64,000 nt of DNA from Tachypleus tridentatus (GCF_004210375.1 NC_134837.1:252489964-252553963), one strand, 5' to 3'; numbered from the stretch's first letter, positions 25,951 to 37,365 are shown. The notes: generated by a model not told the origin, from the sequence alone. Made by a program: numbers and translations.

Positions 25951-26230
25951 ACGGTTCAGCATGACCAAGTGGGTTACGGTGTTCGACTCATAATCTGAGG
26001 ATCACGGGTTCGAATCCTCGTCGCATCAAACATGCTCACCCTTTCATCCGTGGGGGCGTTATAATGTTTCGGTCAATGCCACTATTCGTTGGTAAAAGAG
26101 TAGTCCAAGAGTCGGCGGTGGGTGGTGATGACTAGCTACCTTCCTTTTAGTCTTACACTGCAAAATTAGGGACGGCTAGCGCAGATAGCCCTCGTATAGC
26201 TTTGCACGAAATTCAAAAAAATAAACAAAC
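25951..26230 (+). mobile_element. SINE-A full-length copy
   Basis: CACGGTTCAGCATGACCAAGTGGGTTACGG..GGTTCGAATCCTCGTCGCATCAAACATGCTCACCCTTTCATCCGTGGGGGCGTTATAATG..GCGCAGATAGCCCTCGTATAGCTTTGCACGAAATTCAAAAAAATAAACAAAC. Confidence 0.9.
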
Positions 26231-27805
26231 TTTTCTAGCTTGACACAGCTATAGGTCTATCGATGAACGAAACACACATAGTAGAAAGTAAATACCAGAT
26301 CCTTATCTATTAATTCATTTGTATATAGTCTTTGTTTTTATTTTAGCGGAAACTGCTGATCTTAATGTTTCCGGTCAAGAATAACTGTGTGAAAAAGAAT
26401 TATTTGATAAATTCCCAGGAGAGTTCAGAATTAGTGTCGGACGACGTGATTATTTCCGGAACTATATTTTGTCGCGAGAAACTACTACTGAAGTGGAATG
26501 TATCCATATGACAACCGATAATTGTACAAATATCATTTCCTGTTTGATAATTCTAAATAGATATTTGTAGAATATTAATCTATCAACTGTTTGTTTGTTT
26601 TTTGGAACCATTTTGTGTCTAAATAGGTATAGCAAGTGGTAATCAAAACGATTTTATCAAATTCTCTTGGCATCATATACGTTAAGATTTACTTAGCACT
26701 AAAGTAAACAAACAAATAAAATGTTGCTCAAATATGTAGGCACCAGTGAATGTTATTTTATCTTTATATATAAAAGCTTAAATAAAAACACGACCAATTT
26801 ATTATTTATTCAATGAAAGCTATAAAAATAAATAAAACAGAACGTGATTTATCATCTTTTAAAATGGACTGATTACTCTTTGTTAACTTCCTATCCATCC
26901 GCTTTATAGTTCTACAATTTTATTTACTGCTGTTCACCTACGCACGTCGATTCTAACCAATTACCCTGAAAGTCTGCACTATCCTGCTATCAGTTGATTT
27001 GATTGGTTGTTGTCAAGCGCAAAGCTAAACAAATAATTATAAAATCTGCGTTGTTCCTACCACGGATATTGAAATCATATATAAAGCTTGCAGACTTACA
27101 TTTGAACCACAGGAGAGCCCACCTATGTGAAACTTCCCTAAGAACATAAGCTAGTGGTTCAATAATTTCAGAGGGCGAATCTCGTGCTTAAAATAATTGC
27201 ACTGCTGTACAATAGCTTGATTTCTGTGTACATTCAATTCAGGAATATTTCATGACTAGATGTTTTTGGTATAATTCTAACATCACCCGAGTTAATGGAA
27301 TAAATAAAGTCCGGCGCGTGAAGAGTTTTTTCGTGAAGGATAGGCTATACTACAGCTCATGCACAACTAAAGAAATGACAAAAACAATCAACGATTACAG
27401 TGAGTAATAAGATTATATTTAAAAGAAAGTAAGGAACATTCTTTGCCAGTTATGTTATGTTTGCAATCTCATCAGCTCACAAATATCACAAAATTCCTAA
27501 CCGTCAAAGGACGTAACTGTCGTTTCATTTCGTACAGTAACAAGTTCTATTATATTATTATCTTAGGAGTGATTTTTTTTTTGTTATGTGCTCTGTCTTT
27601 AGTTTCTAGTTTGTGATCACTCAGGTGTACTTTGAATAGAAAATACTGAACGACTGTGAAACAAATAATAACTTACACACAGTAAATAAACCAGGAAAAT
27701 AATGATGTAGCGCTGTTAAACAAACTATAAATAACACGCGCACAGTGAATAAACCAGAATAATATGGAAGTGGCGCTGTTAAACAAATAATAACACATGC
27801 ACATT

Positions 27806-28080
27806 GGTTGTTTGTTTTGAATTTCACGCAAAGCTACACGAGGGCTATCTGTGCTAGTCGTCCCAAATTTAGCAGTGTAAGACTAGAGGGAAGGCAGCTA
27901 GTCATCATCACCCACCGCCAACTCTTGGGCTACTCTTTTACCAACGAATAGTGGGATTGACCGTCACATTATAACGCTCCCACGGCTGAAAGGGCGAGCA
28001 TGTTTGGCGCGACGGGGATTCTAACCCGCGACCTTCGCATTACGAATCGCACGCCTTAACGCGCTTGGCCATGCCTGGCC
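27806..28080 (-). mobile_element. SINE-A full-length copy (reverse)
   Basis: TTGGTTGTTTGTTTTGAATTTCACGCAAAGCTACACGAGGGCTATCTGTGCTAGTCGTCCCAAATTTAGCAG..GGGGATTCTAACCCGCGACCTTCGCATTACGAATCGCACGCCTTAACGCGCTTGGCCATGCCTGGCC. Confidence 0.9.
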
Positions 28081-28614
28081 TCGCTGTTAAATAAGAACAC
28101 GCGCACAATAGATAAACCAGGAAAATAAGGAAATAGCAGTGTTAAACCAAGAAGAACCCATGTGCTTGCATCACGAATAATCGTGAAATATATGGACACA
28201 GCACTGTTAAACAAACAAAAATCCATTTCAAACGAAAAACTTGGAAAAAAAAAGTAATCGCATTTTTAACTTGGCAAGGACTCGCGCACGAAAACGAGCA
28301 TTTGTGCATAAATCTGCGGTTTTATAACACTAAATATCGAAGAGATAACATGGGTCACAAATAATTAGACTGGACAATTAGGAAGCCGATTTCTTAAGGT
28401 CAGCAAAAGCCATTGTACTAGGGAAAAATAAAAAAAAATTAGGGAAGTCGCACTGGTGAATCAGTTAGAATCCACACGGCTAGTAAATCTGTAAAACAAA
28501 GAAATAGCACTGTTGAGCCAGAGCCCATACATATAAATTAAGCTTCAATACAAAAAATAAAAGATTTATTTATAAATCGCAAATAAACCATGTAAATATC
28601 GCAGAAGATAATGA

Positions 28615-28892
28615 AGGCCCGAAATGGCCAGGTTGTTAGGGAGCTCGAATTGCAATATGAAGGTCGGGGATTCGGATCACAGTCCGACCAAACACGCTCA
28701 AACTTTCATCTGTGGGGGCGTAATAATGTGACGGTCAATTCTACTACTCGTTGGTAAAAGAGGAGCCCAAGAATTTGTGGTGGGTGGTGATGAATAGCTG
28801 CCTTCCCTTTAGTCTTACACTTCTAAATTAGGAACAGCTAGCGCAGATATTCCTCGTGTAGCTTTGCGCAGAAATAAAAAACAAAACAAAAC
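28615..28892 (+). mobile_element. SINE-A full-length copy, diverged
   Basis: GGCCCGAAATGGCCAGGTTGTTAGGGAGCTCGAATTGCAATATGAAGGTCGGGGATTCGGATCACAG..GCGCAGATATTCCTCGTGTAGCTTTGCGCAGAAATAAAAAACAAAACAAAACC. Confidence 0.85.
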
Positions 28893-29186
28893 CTCTTTTT
28901 CGTTTGGCAGGCCTTAACGCGGTAGGCTAACAGTAATTACACTGGGGAACACTTTTTCAGTAACTTTGAGTTTCATTGGATATTTTAACTGATTCTGAAG
29001 GAGTTTTAGGCGCTGATTTCAAATCTGAAATTAGTTTTTCTCTACAAGCTCTAGTTTGTATGCAATTTGAGGTTAATGAAATTGTACAAATGTGAACTTG
29101 CGTAATCCATGTATAAGCATTTTCACGTCCATATATATAGATAGCTTCTAATATATTGATCATTCTTCTTTTGTTTCAGATCAAAC

Positions 29187-29429
29187 ATGGCTTCCAAAAA
29201 TAGATATCATTACAGAAACAAGCCTGATGCCTTCTGCTACATATGTGGATGCTACACACTCAATCGTCAGAGACGTAACATATCCTCGTTCGTCAAGCGT
29301 GCCTACAAGGCATATTTTGAAGTCCATCTTGGTGATCAAGACAAGCAATGGGCTCCTCATGTTGTGTGCCACAATTGTGAGGAAATGCTTCGAGACTGGA
29401 CCAAAGGAAAACGCAATGGTCTGCCTTAA
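29187..29429 (+). CDS. Small Cys-rich ORF (80 aa) with C-x2-C...C-x2-C zinc-ribbon-like spacing; candidate terminal coding exon
   Basis: ATG at 29187 follows a polypyrimidine-AG acceptor (CATTCTTCTTTTGTTTCAG|ATCAAACATGG). The protein MASKNRYHYRNKPDAFCYICGCYTLN..HVVCHNCEEMLRDWTKGKRNGLP has CYIC and CHNC motifs 38 residues apart. Stop TAA is overlapped by AATAAATAAA. Confidence 0.4.
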   Translation: MASKNRYHYRNKPDAFCYICGCYTLNRQRRNISSFVKRAYKAYFEVHLGDQDKQWAPHVVCHNCEEMLRDWTKGKRNGLP

Positions 29430-29430
29430 A

Positions 29431-29440
29431 AATAAATAAA
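29431..29440 (+). promoter_or_regulatory. Tandem AATAAA poly(A) signals immediately 3' of the small Cys-rich ORF
   Basis: CTGCCTTAAAAATAAATAAAATG. Confidence 0.35.
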
Positions 29441-29726
29441 ATGTCAAATTGCATAAAATCTGTAGCTTGCAGATAAAAACCGACTTCAGATTTGAAATCA
29501 ACACACTCAAATTGACTATAGAAAGGTCTTTTTTTAAATGCAACAAAATGAGTGTTCCCCAGTGTTATCAGACAGTTAGAGTTGCGGAAAACATTTTGAG
29601 TAGTCAAAGGGTTGGGTTTGAAGAATTTACTGTTCAAGTTAGTAAAAACCTTAAACCTACCGCCATTTAACCATCTGTTTTCTAGTCACCTTATTTGAGT
29701 CCTTTGTTTTAATTATCAAGCGACTG

Positions 29727-29793
29727 ATATTTGTTTGTTTAATTTCGAGAAAAGCAACTTGAGGGCTACTTGCGCTCGCCGTACCTAATTTCG
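29727..29793 (-). mobile_element. SINE-A tail fragment (reverse)
   Basis: TTTGTTTGTTTAATTTCGAGAAAAGCAACTTGAGGGCTACTTGCGCTCGCCGTACCTAATTTCGG is the reverse complement of the SINE-A 3' module. Confidence 0.6.
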
Positions 29794-29796
29794 GCC

Positions 29797-29915
29797 ACCC
29801 AGTGGCACAGCAGTTTGTCTGTGGGCTCACACCGCTAGAAACCGGGTGTTCGATTCCTGTGGTGGGTAGAGCGCAGATACACCATTGTGTAGATTTGTGC
29901 TTAATTCCTAACAAA
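29797..29915 (+). mobile_element. SINE-C copy
   Basis: CCAGTGGCACAGCAGTTTGTCTGTGGGCTCACACCGCTAGAAACCGGGTGTTCGATTCCTGTGGTGGGTAGAGCGCAGATACACCATTGTGTAGATTTGTGCTTAATTCCTAACAAAC. Confidence 0.8.
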
Positions 29916-29918
29916 CAA

Positions 29919-30212
29919 GGCCCGGCATGGCCAAGCGCGTTAAGGCGTGCGACTCGTAATCCGAGGGTCGTGGGTTCGCATCCCCGTCGCGCCAAACATA
30001 CTCGTCCTTTCAGCCGTGGGGGCGTTATAATGTGACGGTCAATCCCACTATTCGTTGGTAAAAGAGTAGCCCAAAAGTTGGCGGTGGGTGGTGATGACTA
30101 GCTGCCTTCCCTCTAGTCTTACACTGCAAAATTAGGGACGGCTAACACAGATAGTCCTCGAGTAGCTTTGTGCGAAATTCAAAAACAAACAAACCTAACA
30201 AACAAACAAACT
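29919..30212 (+). mobile_element. SINE-A full-length copy (GCCAAGCG subfamily), directly abutting the preceding SINE-C
   Basis: GGCCCGGCATGGCCAAGCGCGTTAAGGCGTGCGACTCGTAATCCGAGGGTCGTGGGTTCGCATCCCCGTCGCGCCAAACATACTCG..GTGTAGCTTTGTGCGAAATTCAAAAACAAACAAACC(TAACAAACAAACAAAC). Confidence 0.9.
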
Positions 30213-30770
30213 CAATTTTTAAGCGATAAACCGGAAGGAAGACAGATGGTCCACGACATCTTCCACTTTCTACTTTTCAACTACTCGTTAATCAACGAAA
30301 ATGCGAGATTAACTTCATGGCTGAAACAGCGAACAAGTTTGATGAGAGGATTCACACCTATGATCCGCAGATTGGGAATCTAAATGTCAACTGTCAGACC
30401 ATTCCAGACCAAATAATTGAGAACTTTGCAAAGCAAGGAAATTACAAATGAACTTACCTGAATATGACATACACAATAATTTAAGGATTTAACAAAAGTG
30501 TATTTGATCACAAACTTTTGCTGTCTATATACATATATATAGTGACAGTTCTGATAGTATCGTATTAAATCACACTTACTGGCACAGCAGTATGCTTACT
30601 TATGATACCTTTAATTCACTGAAATGTTATGGTCAGAGTTTCCCATTGTTTACTTAATCTGCATGAAGTTTAGATTGTTAGACAAATGAGACCTTTTCTG
30701 GCAAACTTCATGTGAAAATCTTAAAAAAAACCAACGAAGAACAACATCATTAAGGTGATCATTCTACACT

Positions 30771-32394
30771 TACAGTCATGTGAAAAAGTTAGGACACCCT
30801 ATGAAAGCCTGCGTATTTTTGTAACATTTTTGGATATATAGATATTTAATCTCAATTTCAACAATACTAAGATATTATAGGACTATAACTAAACAATTAA
30901 AACTGAAGAAAAGACTTTTCAATATCTTCTGTAAATGTGATTCTACAAAAATGCATATTCTAACTGAGGAAAAGTTAGGACACCATACCCCCTAATAGCT
31001 AGTGTTACCCCCTTTAGATGAAGTAGCTGCAGTTAGACGCTTCTTGTAGCCATCTACCAGTCTCTGTCATCGGTCTGAAGAAAGTTTGCCCCACTCCTCA
31101 ATGCAGAATTCTTTCAGTTGTGAGATGTTTGAGGGGTTTCTTGCATGTACAGCCCGTTTCAAGTCACCCCACAGCATCTCAATGGGATTAAGATCTGGGC
31201 TTTGACTCGGCCATTCCAGGACTCTCCATTTCTTAGTTTTAGCCAGTCCTTGGTGGATTTACTGGTATGCTTTGGGTCAATGTCGTGCTGCAGAGTCCAG
31301 TTCCGCTTCAGTTTTAATTTTCGTACAGATGGTCTCACATGATCCTCAAGCACCCTCTGATATACAGTAGAATTCATGGTGGATTCTATGATTGTGAGCT
31401 GTCCAGGTCCTGCTGCAGCAAAGCAGCCCCAAACCATGACACTTCCACCTCCATGCTTCACAGTTGGTATGAGGTTCTTTTCCTGGAGTGCTGTATTTGG
31501 TTTACGCCAAACATGTCCTCTGTTCTGGTGTCCAAATATTTCAATTTTGGACTCATCTGTCCAAAGAACAATATTCCAGAAGTCCTGGTCTTTGTCTACA
31601 TTCTCTCTGGCAAACTTCAGTCTGGCCTTGATGTTTCTGTTAGAGAGCAAAGCTTTCCTCCTTGCACACCTCCCATGCAAGTTAAACTTGTGCAGTCTCT
31701 TTCTGATTGTAGAGGCATGCACTTTCACATCAACAGTAGCCAGAGCCTGCTGTAGGTCCCGTGATGACATGTTAGGGTGTTTGGAGACCTCTTTTAGCAT
31801 CTTGCGGTCTGCTCTCGGGGTGAACTTGATTGACGACCAGACCTGAGCATGCTGGCAGTTGTTTTGAAAACCCTCCAAATGTTGACTATTTTCCGGACAG
31901 TTGAATGACATATTTTCAAAATATTTTGGGATCTTTTAAAATCCCTTACCAGACTCATAAGCTGCTACAATTTTCTTTCTGAAGGCCTCAGACAGCTCTT
32001 TTGCTTTCATCATGATGCTCACTCTCACTTCAACAGTCAGGAGCACACCAAACTAAATGTCTGAGGTTTAAATAGGGCAAGCCTCATTCACAATGATGAG
32101 TAGCAATCTTCTAATCACGTGCACCTGGTGTGATACACCTGTGTGTGAGTTGAGCCATTTTAAGTGGGTATAAATGTGGGGTGTCCTAACTTTTTCCTCA
32201 GTTAGAATATGCATTTTTGTAGAATTACATTTACAGAAGATCTTGAAAAGTCTTTTCTTCAGTTTTAATTGTTTAGTTATATTACTTTAATCTCTCAGTA
32301 TTGTTAAAATTGAGATTATATATCTATATATCCAAAAATGTTACAAAAATACACAGGCTTTCATAGGGTGTCCCAACTTTTCCACATGACTGTA
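30771..32394 (-). mobile_element. Tc1/mariner element, Sleeping-Beauty-like IR/DR type, 1624 bp, TA-flanked
   Basis: Terminal inverted repeats of ~220 bp. Left end TACAGTCATGTGAAAAAGTTAGGACACCCTATGAAAGCCTG.. (30771), right end ..CAGGCTTTCATAGGGTGTCCCAACTTTTCCACATGACTGTA (32394). An internal sub-repeat GTTAGGACACC lies ~190 bp in on each side. A transposase frame sits between the repeats on the minus strand. Confidence 0.9.
31159..32013 (-). pseudogene. Tc1-family DD34E transposase, decayed (one in-frame TAA after residue 25, a C-terminal frameshift, and a further TGA)
   Basis: Minus-strand translation MMKAKELSEAFRKKIVAAYESGKGF*..MSFNC..VLWTDESKIEIFGH..PTVKHGGGSVMVWGCFAA..LQHDIDPKHTSK aligns along its length with Sleeping Beauty/Tc1 transposases (HTH, DDE residues). 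The remaining C-terminus (..RVLEWPSQSPDLNPIEMLWGDLKRAVHARNPSNISQLKEFCIEEWGKLSSDR*QRLVDGYKKRL) is in another frame (31030-31240). Confidence 0.85.
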
Positions 32395-32410
32395 ATCATA
32401 CTCTCGTTAC

Positions 32411-32657
32411 TTGTTTTGAATTTCGCGCAAAGCTACACGAGGGCTATTTGCACTAGCCGTCCCTAATTTAGCAGTGTAAGATTAGAGGGAAGACAACTAG
32501 TCATCATTACCCATCGCCAACTCTTGGGCTATTCTTTTACTAACTAATAGGGGGATTGACAGTCACTTTATAACGCCCCCACAGCTAAAAGGGTAACCAT
32601 GTTTGGTGTGATGGGGCTTCGAACCCGCGACCCTCAGATTACACGTCGAGTACATTC
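32411..32657 (-). mobile_element. SINE-A copy (reverse), head-truncated, wedged between two Tc1 copies
   Basis: TTGTTTTGAATTTCGCGCAAAGCTACACGAGGGCTATTTGCACTAGCCGTCCCTAATTTAGCAGTGTAAGATTAGAGGGAAGACAACTAGTC..GGGGCTTCGAACCCGCGACCCTCAGATTACACGTCGAGTACATTC. Confidence 0.85.
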
Positions 32658-33020
32658 AAGAAACCCCTCAAACATCTCACAAGTGACAGAATTCTGCATT
32701 GAGGAGTGGGGCAAACTTTCTTCAGACCAATGACAGAGACTGGTAGATGGCTACAAGAAGCGTCTCACTGCAGTTATTTCAGCCAAAGGGGTAACACTAG
32801 CTATTAGGGGGTAGGGTGTCCTAACTTTTTCTTCAGTTAGAATATGCATTTTTGTAGAATTACATTTACAGATCTTGAAAAGTATTTTCTTCAGTTTTTA
32901 GTTATATTCCTATAATCTCTCAGTATTGTTACAATTGAGATTAAAATTTCCATTTATCCAAAATTGCTACATATATACACAGGCTTTCATAGGGTGTCCT
33001 AATTTTTTCACATGACTGTA
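32658..33020 (+). mobile_element. Partial second copy of the same Tc1 element: transposase C-terminal coding remnant plus 3' IR, plus orientation
   Basis: AAGAAACCCCTCAAACATCTCACAAGTGACAGAATTCTGCATTGAGGAGTGGGGCAAACTTTCTTCAGACCAATGACAGAGACTGGTAGATGGCTACAAGAAGCG.. then an IR ending ..TTTTTTCACATGACTGTA. It carries the same TGA (SDQ*QRLVDGY) as the full copy. Confidence 0.85.
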
Positions 33021-33170
33021 TGTGTTATCTTCCATGGTTGTTGCAATAATATTGAACTCGCGTTTTGGATTTTGGTCGTGCACTGTGTTACTTGCTTGCT
33101 GTGTATATACATATGTTCTCGAGAATTAAGAAAACACGACCCTGACCTGTAATCCAACACTTTTACTTTA

Positions 33171-33415
33171 TACAGGGTGTTTGGAAAGTCACTGTGCACT
33201 TATATATTTATTAACAGACATGTTTCAATATAGAATACAGGAGGTAAATATGAATGAATTATAAACAATGTTGAAAGTGACCCCCGTTGGCATCAATACA
33301 GGCCTGGATCCTTCTTATTTTGTTTCTAAACACCGCTATCAGTTGCTGGCTTGAAATAGAGTCAGTGAATGTTGTTATCGCTGCTTTCAAAACTGCACTT
33401 TCCGAACACCCTGTA
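33171..33415. mobile_element. MITE (~245 bp) with ~20-bp TIRs TACAGGGTGTTYGGAAAGT, TA-flanked; Tc1/mariner-type (Stowaway-like)
   Basis: Left end TACAGGGTGTTTGGAAAGTCACTGTGCAC.., right end ..GCACTTTCCGAACACCCTGTA. Both ends abut TA. No coding capacity. Confidence 0.7.
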
Positions 33416-33494
33416 TTTATTTGACATTGTTTTGTTACACAAACGATTTAACAAAGTGAAACTTCTGAAAGAAAGCTGCGCTAAGTTTATTTGT

Positions 33495-33575
33495 TTGTCG
33501 GCTTAAATTTCGACGCTAAAAATTGGATTTCGATACCCCTGGTGGGCAGAGCAAAGATAGCCTGTTGTGTGTATA
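33495..33575 (+). mobile_element. SINE-C fragment
   Basis: AATTTCGACGCTAAAAATTGGATTTCGATACCCCTGGTGGGCAGAGCAAAGATAGCCTGTTGTGTG. Confidence 0.6.
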
Positions 33576-33886
33576 TATATATATGTATACCCTTAACAAC
33601 AACTAAACCAGTGGATCAGTAAAATGTTATGCTATATATTCAAATAATGTGTTAGAAAATTACTGAACTAGCAAGTTTTACTTTAAATTACAGCAATTAT
33701 AAAAGTAGTTTAGAGCTATTAAGAAAATGAAATAAATTTTAAATGATATTTCCTTCCTAATTATATTCACCAGTAAACAAAAGCTTTGACCTTGATGAGA
33801 ACAATGAAAGTCACAAGTTAAAATTAAATGTTCAAGCACAAATTTACAAATGAACATTTATTATGTTCTAAATTGAAATTACTTAT

Positions 33887-34008
33887 CCCAAGAGTTGGCG
33901 GTGGGTGGTGATGACTAGCTGCCTTCACTCTAGTCTTACATTGCTAAATTAGGGATGGCTAGCGCAGATAGCCCTCGAGCAGCTTTGCGCGAAATTGAAA
34001 AACAAGTT
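33887..34008 (+). mobile_element. SINE-A 3' fragment
   Basis: CCCAAGAGTTGGCGGTGGGTGGTGATGACTAGCTGCCTTCACTCTAGTCTTACATTGCTAAATTAGGGATGGCTAGCGCAGATAGCCCTCGAGCAGCTTTGCGCGAAATTGAAAAACAAG. Confidence 0.85.
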
Positions 34009-35044
34009 AATTTGAAATTACAGTTCAGGCTATTTGAAATCGTAATACATAACATAATATGTTGGGAGAGAGGAAAGTGCAAAATGAATTATAATACGTA
34101 ACAAACTTCATAGAGGTTATTAATGACTTTCCTTAATTAGCAGTCCATGTTATTCTTTGTCGAAGTTTTTTCTTAGTGTTCGTGACGAGCAATTCTCTAG
34201 AGATTCGAACATAAACAGTATTAAAACAACATTTAGTTTCTAGATCACGCCCTCTTCTGTGAGATGTATTTGCAAGCAAATAGTCTTTTTCCATACGTCA
34301 AGATTCGTAATATTATTGCTAGTTTTATGGTAATCCAATGAACGTTACTGTGATTAATGCCAGTCTTTTCTGGTTTATCTACTCTCATATTTGTATGCCT
34401 CGCGTATTTAAGTGTTAAAGAAACAGTAGCAGACTCAACTAGGGAAATGTCTTGATGTTCAATGTCTCATTAACTCCTCATCACAAAAATTTAGCGTCTT
34501 TAGAAACCAGGCAGGGAAATGCACAACTACTTCCGTTTTTCACGGGTTATTTAACCACCTCTACACGGTACAAAGTTGTGTTGGAGTCAAAACTCGCACC
34601 AGTTATCAGAAATGGTAATGAGTAATTCACAAGAATGACAGGAATCTGACGACAAAACGATTTTTCTTTTGCTATTCCAAAGACAACTCTTCATTGCATT
34701 CGACTTTTCCGAGCGATGTAATTTTCAGTTATGAAAAACAGGTTCAAAACCTAAAACAAGAAAAGCTCGTATTAAGTTTGCTGTTTTCAGTCTAAACAAT
34801 ATATCTCGCGCAATACATGGGCTAAATAGGCAACTGTGAAGCTCCAAGATTCAGTCAAAGTTGTCCCTAATTTCAGAATACTCACAGGAAGGAAACAACT
34901 AATCAGCAGCACGTGACATACGAGAAGGCAGAGAAGGGCTTGACCTCACTTGCACTTCACTGGTATATCACGTAGCAACTTTATCAATGTAACACGTCAG
35001 CAACTCTTGTAGCATCCTTTTAGTCGTCCTCTCACAAAAATGTA

Positions 35045-35155
35045 TGTGTGTGTGTTTTTCGTACAGCAAAGCCACAAAGGGCTATCTGCTCAGCCCACCG
35101 AGGGGAATCGAACCCCTGATTTTAGCGTTGTAAATCCGGAGACATACCGCTGTCT
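35045..35155 (-). mobile_element. SINE-B copy (reverse)
   Basis: GTGTTTTTCGTACAGCAAAGCCACAAAGGGCTATCTGCTCAGCCCACCGAGGGGAATCGAACCCCTGATTTTAGCGTTGTAAATCCGGAGACATACCGCTGTCTC. Confidence 0.85.
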
Positions 35156-35178
35156 CTCACAAAAATAAAGATAGTTTT

Positions 35179-35400
35179 CAGTCATTACGTTATATTAAGA
35201 CCCTTGACACAAAGTTGACATTCAGTCATTACGTTATATTAAGAACCTTGACACAAAGTTGACATTCAGTCATTACGTTATATTAAGAACCTTGACACAA
35301 AGTTGACATTCAGTCATTACGTTATATTAAGAACCTTGACACAAAGTTGACATTCAGTCATTACGTTATATTAAGAACCTTGACACAAAGTTGACAATCA
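35179..35400. repeat. 44-bp tandem repeat, 5 copies, immediately adjoining the SINE-B copy
   Basis: CAGTCATTACGTTATATTAAGAACCTTGACACAAAGTTGACATT, near-perfect repeats. Confidence 0.9.
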
Positions 35401-37365
35401 CTAAACAAATCGGAGTGAGTAAAACTCGTCATTTATTACATAGTTTTTCTTTTAAACAAAGAAATTTCTGGGTGAAAATTACAGGTCGAAGTAAGTGTAC
35501 AATACTGTACATTTAACAGCAGTTTTAACTTTGCCTGCAAAACCTTTTTTTCTCCAGTACTTATATGTATCTCAGTTGTGCTTGTTGTTAATAATAAAAC
35601 GCCCCCAAGTAAAACAGCGGTGTTTGTACATTCGAATGTACAGAAAAATGAGAAGCTGAATTTGGTGCAAGTTAGTGGAACAAATGAAGTTGAAGAGGTC
35701 ACACGCAGATTCGATGTTTACGGAGTAATTGGCATGTTTTTTAGGGTAATTCAACATAGATTGCTACAAATCACTCGTAGCTACCATACACTGTCATCCT
35801 TACCAATTGCTGGTACCACAAGAGACCACTGGGCCACGGATAACCGGTTAGTTTATGTAATAATTGAATTTTCCTTTACACAGCTAGGCTAAATGAACAT
35901 AGATGTTTTAATAATAGGTAATACTAATGTTACTAACCTATTTTTTATAGGTTTATGACTAATGACAAGAGATAGAATTCTTTCATGCCAGCCTACTATG
36001 TGACATGTGTTAAGTTTGACGCTGTAGTTTCTTTTGTAAAAATACACAATTCTGATGACGAAAACAGAATTCGCGTTCTTTCAGGTAATTCGTCATAACC
36101 AAATTTTACTATCTTAAATACTTTATTTGTAAGCAACTTAATCCCTATCCTATCCAGCACTTATTAGGGGTAAGAAGTAACATTATAATATTATATGTGT
36201 AACATATTTATTTTATATTATTCGAAATTGCTCCCTTCTTATACACAAACAGTGACTCAACAGTAAGTTTGAAGGCTTAAAACATTTTGACACCCGTTTT
36301 GGGCGGTTTTGCAGTTTTGGTGTTTAACAAAAATGAACAAATAAACTGAAACTGTCTATTAGTATGAAAAACCTTGTTGAATCTAGTTACAGTTGAGAAG
36401 TATAATCGACTTAAAAGTTTATGTTATATTGAGCTATTATACATCACGTATTAACTAATTTATTTACTTAATATTTAGGCTTAACGATTGAGAAATGTGT
36501 CTTTCGTCGTAAGCCTAATGTTATCTTTTTCATGAGTTTGACATAACGAATCAGGAATGTTTTTGTATCACAAAGAGAGAGAGAGAGAGAAATATTAATT
36601 CCGGAATAGTAAAATGTTTGATGACTTCTAAACGGGTATGACGAATATTAAAACTCGCCACCAGGTTCCGTATTACAGGTCTTCCCGCCTAGCTGTTTTC
36701 GGATTTCTCCATGACTGATTCTAACGATTAACAGAAGGGAAATTAAAGTTCGTTTTATAGAAGCTATCCGGTCAATATCTCCGTGAAAGAAAAACCTAGT
36801 GACAACTGGTCAACATGTACACCCTGTAGTTTGAAATAAGATCAAACTCAATTATCACACCAGAAAGAAAAAAAACGATAGCAAAATAAAACCATTTTAA
36901 AACTGTCATCTAATACTAATAAAGATGCAGTTTTATATTTCAAGAACTATAAACAACTAATCCTAACAATTAACTTACTGGCACAAAACACTTGTTACCT
37001 TCGTCACGTGTTTTTTTGCTGTTGTTTTTGTTTGTTTGTCAGCAAGATTTCTTGAAAACGATTGAACGGATTTTGACGAATGTTGAATAACAACAAAACT
37101 TAAAATTGATTAATTTTCGAAGGTTCAAGGTCAAATATCACAGCAAGCTCACAAATATCCAAAAAATCCCTATCTGTTCACATGGAAACCAATTTGTCAC
37201 GCAATTTTTGTCCTTTAACTTTGTCAAAAATGAAAGGATTTTGATGACACTTGGACATAAATGAATTATTGTTTTTCATTGTTCAGCTGAAAATGGTCCA
37301 TGTCCCTCGATAAAGATGGACATATTTTAAAATATGATCAACTCTGCGTGACAGGTATTCTTTCT

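Noticed and set aside
31339-31846. Plus-strand ORFs of 138 and 156 aa inside the Tc1 element
   Set aside because: They are antisense to the transposase reading frame, which has clear Tc1/SB homology on the minus strand.
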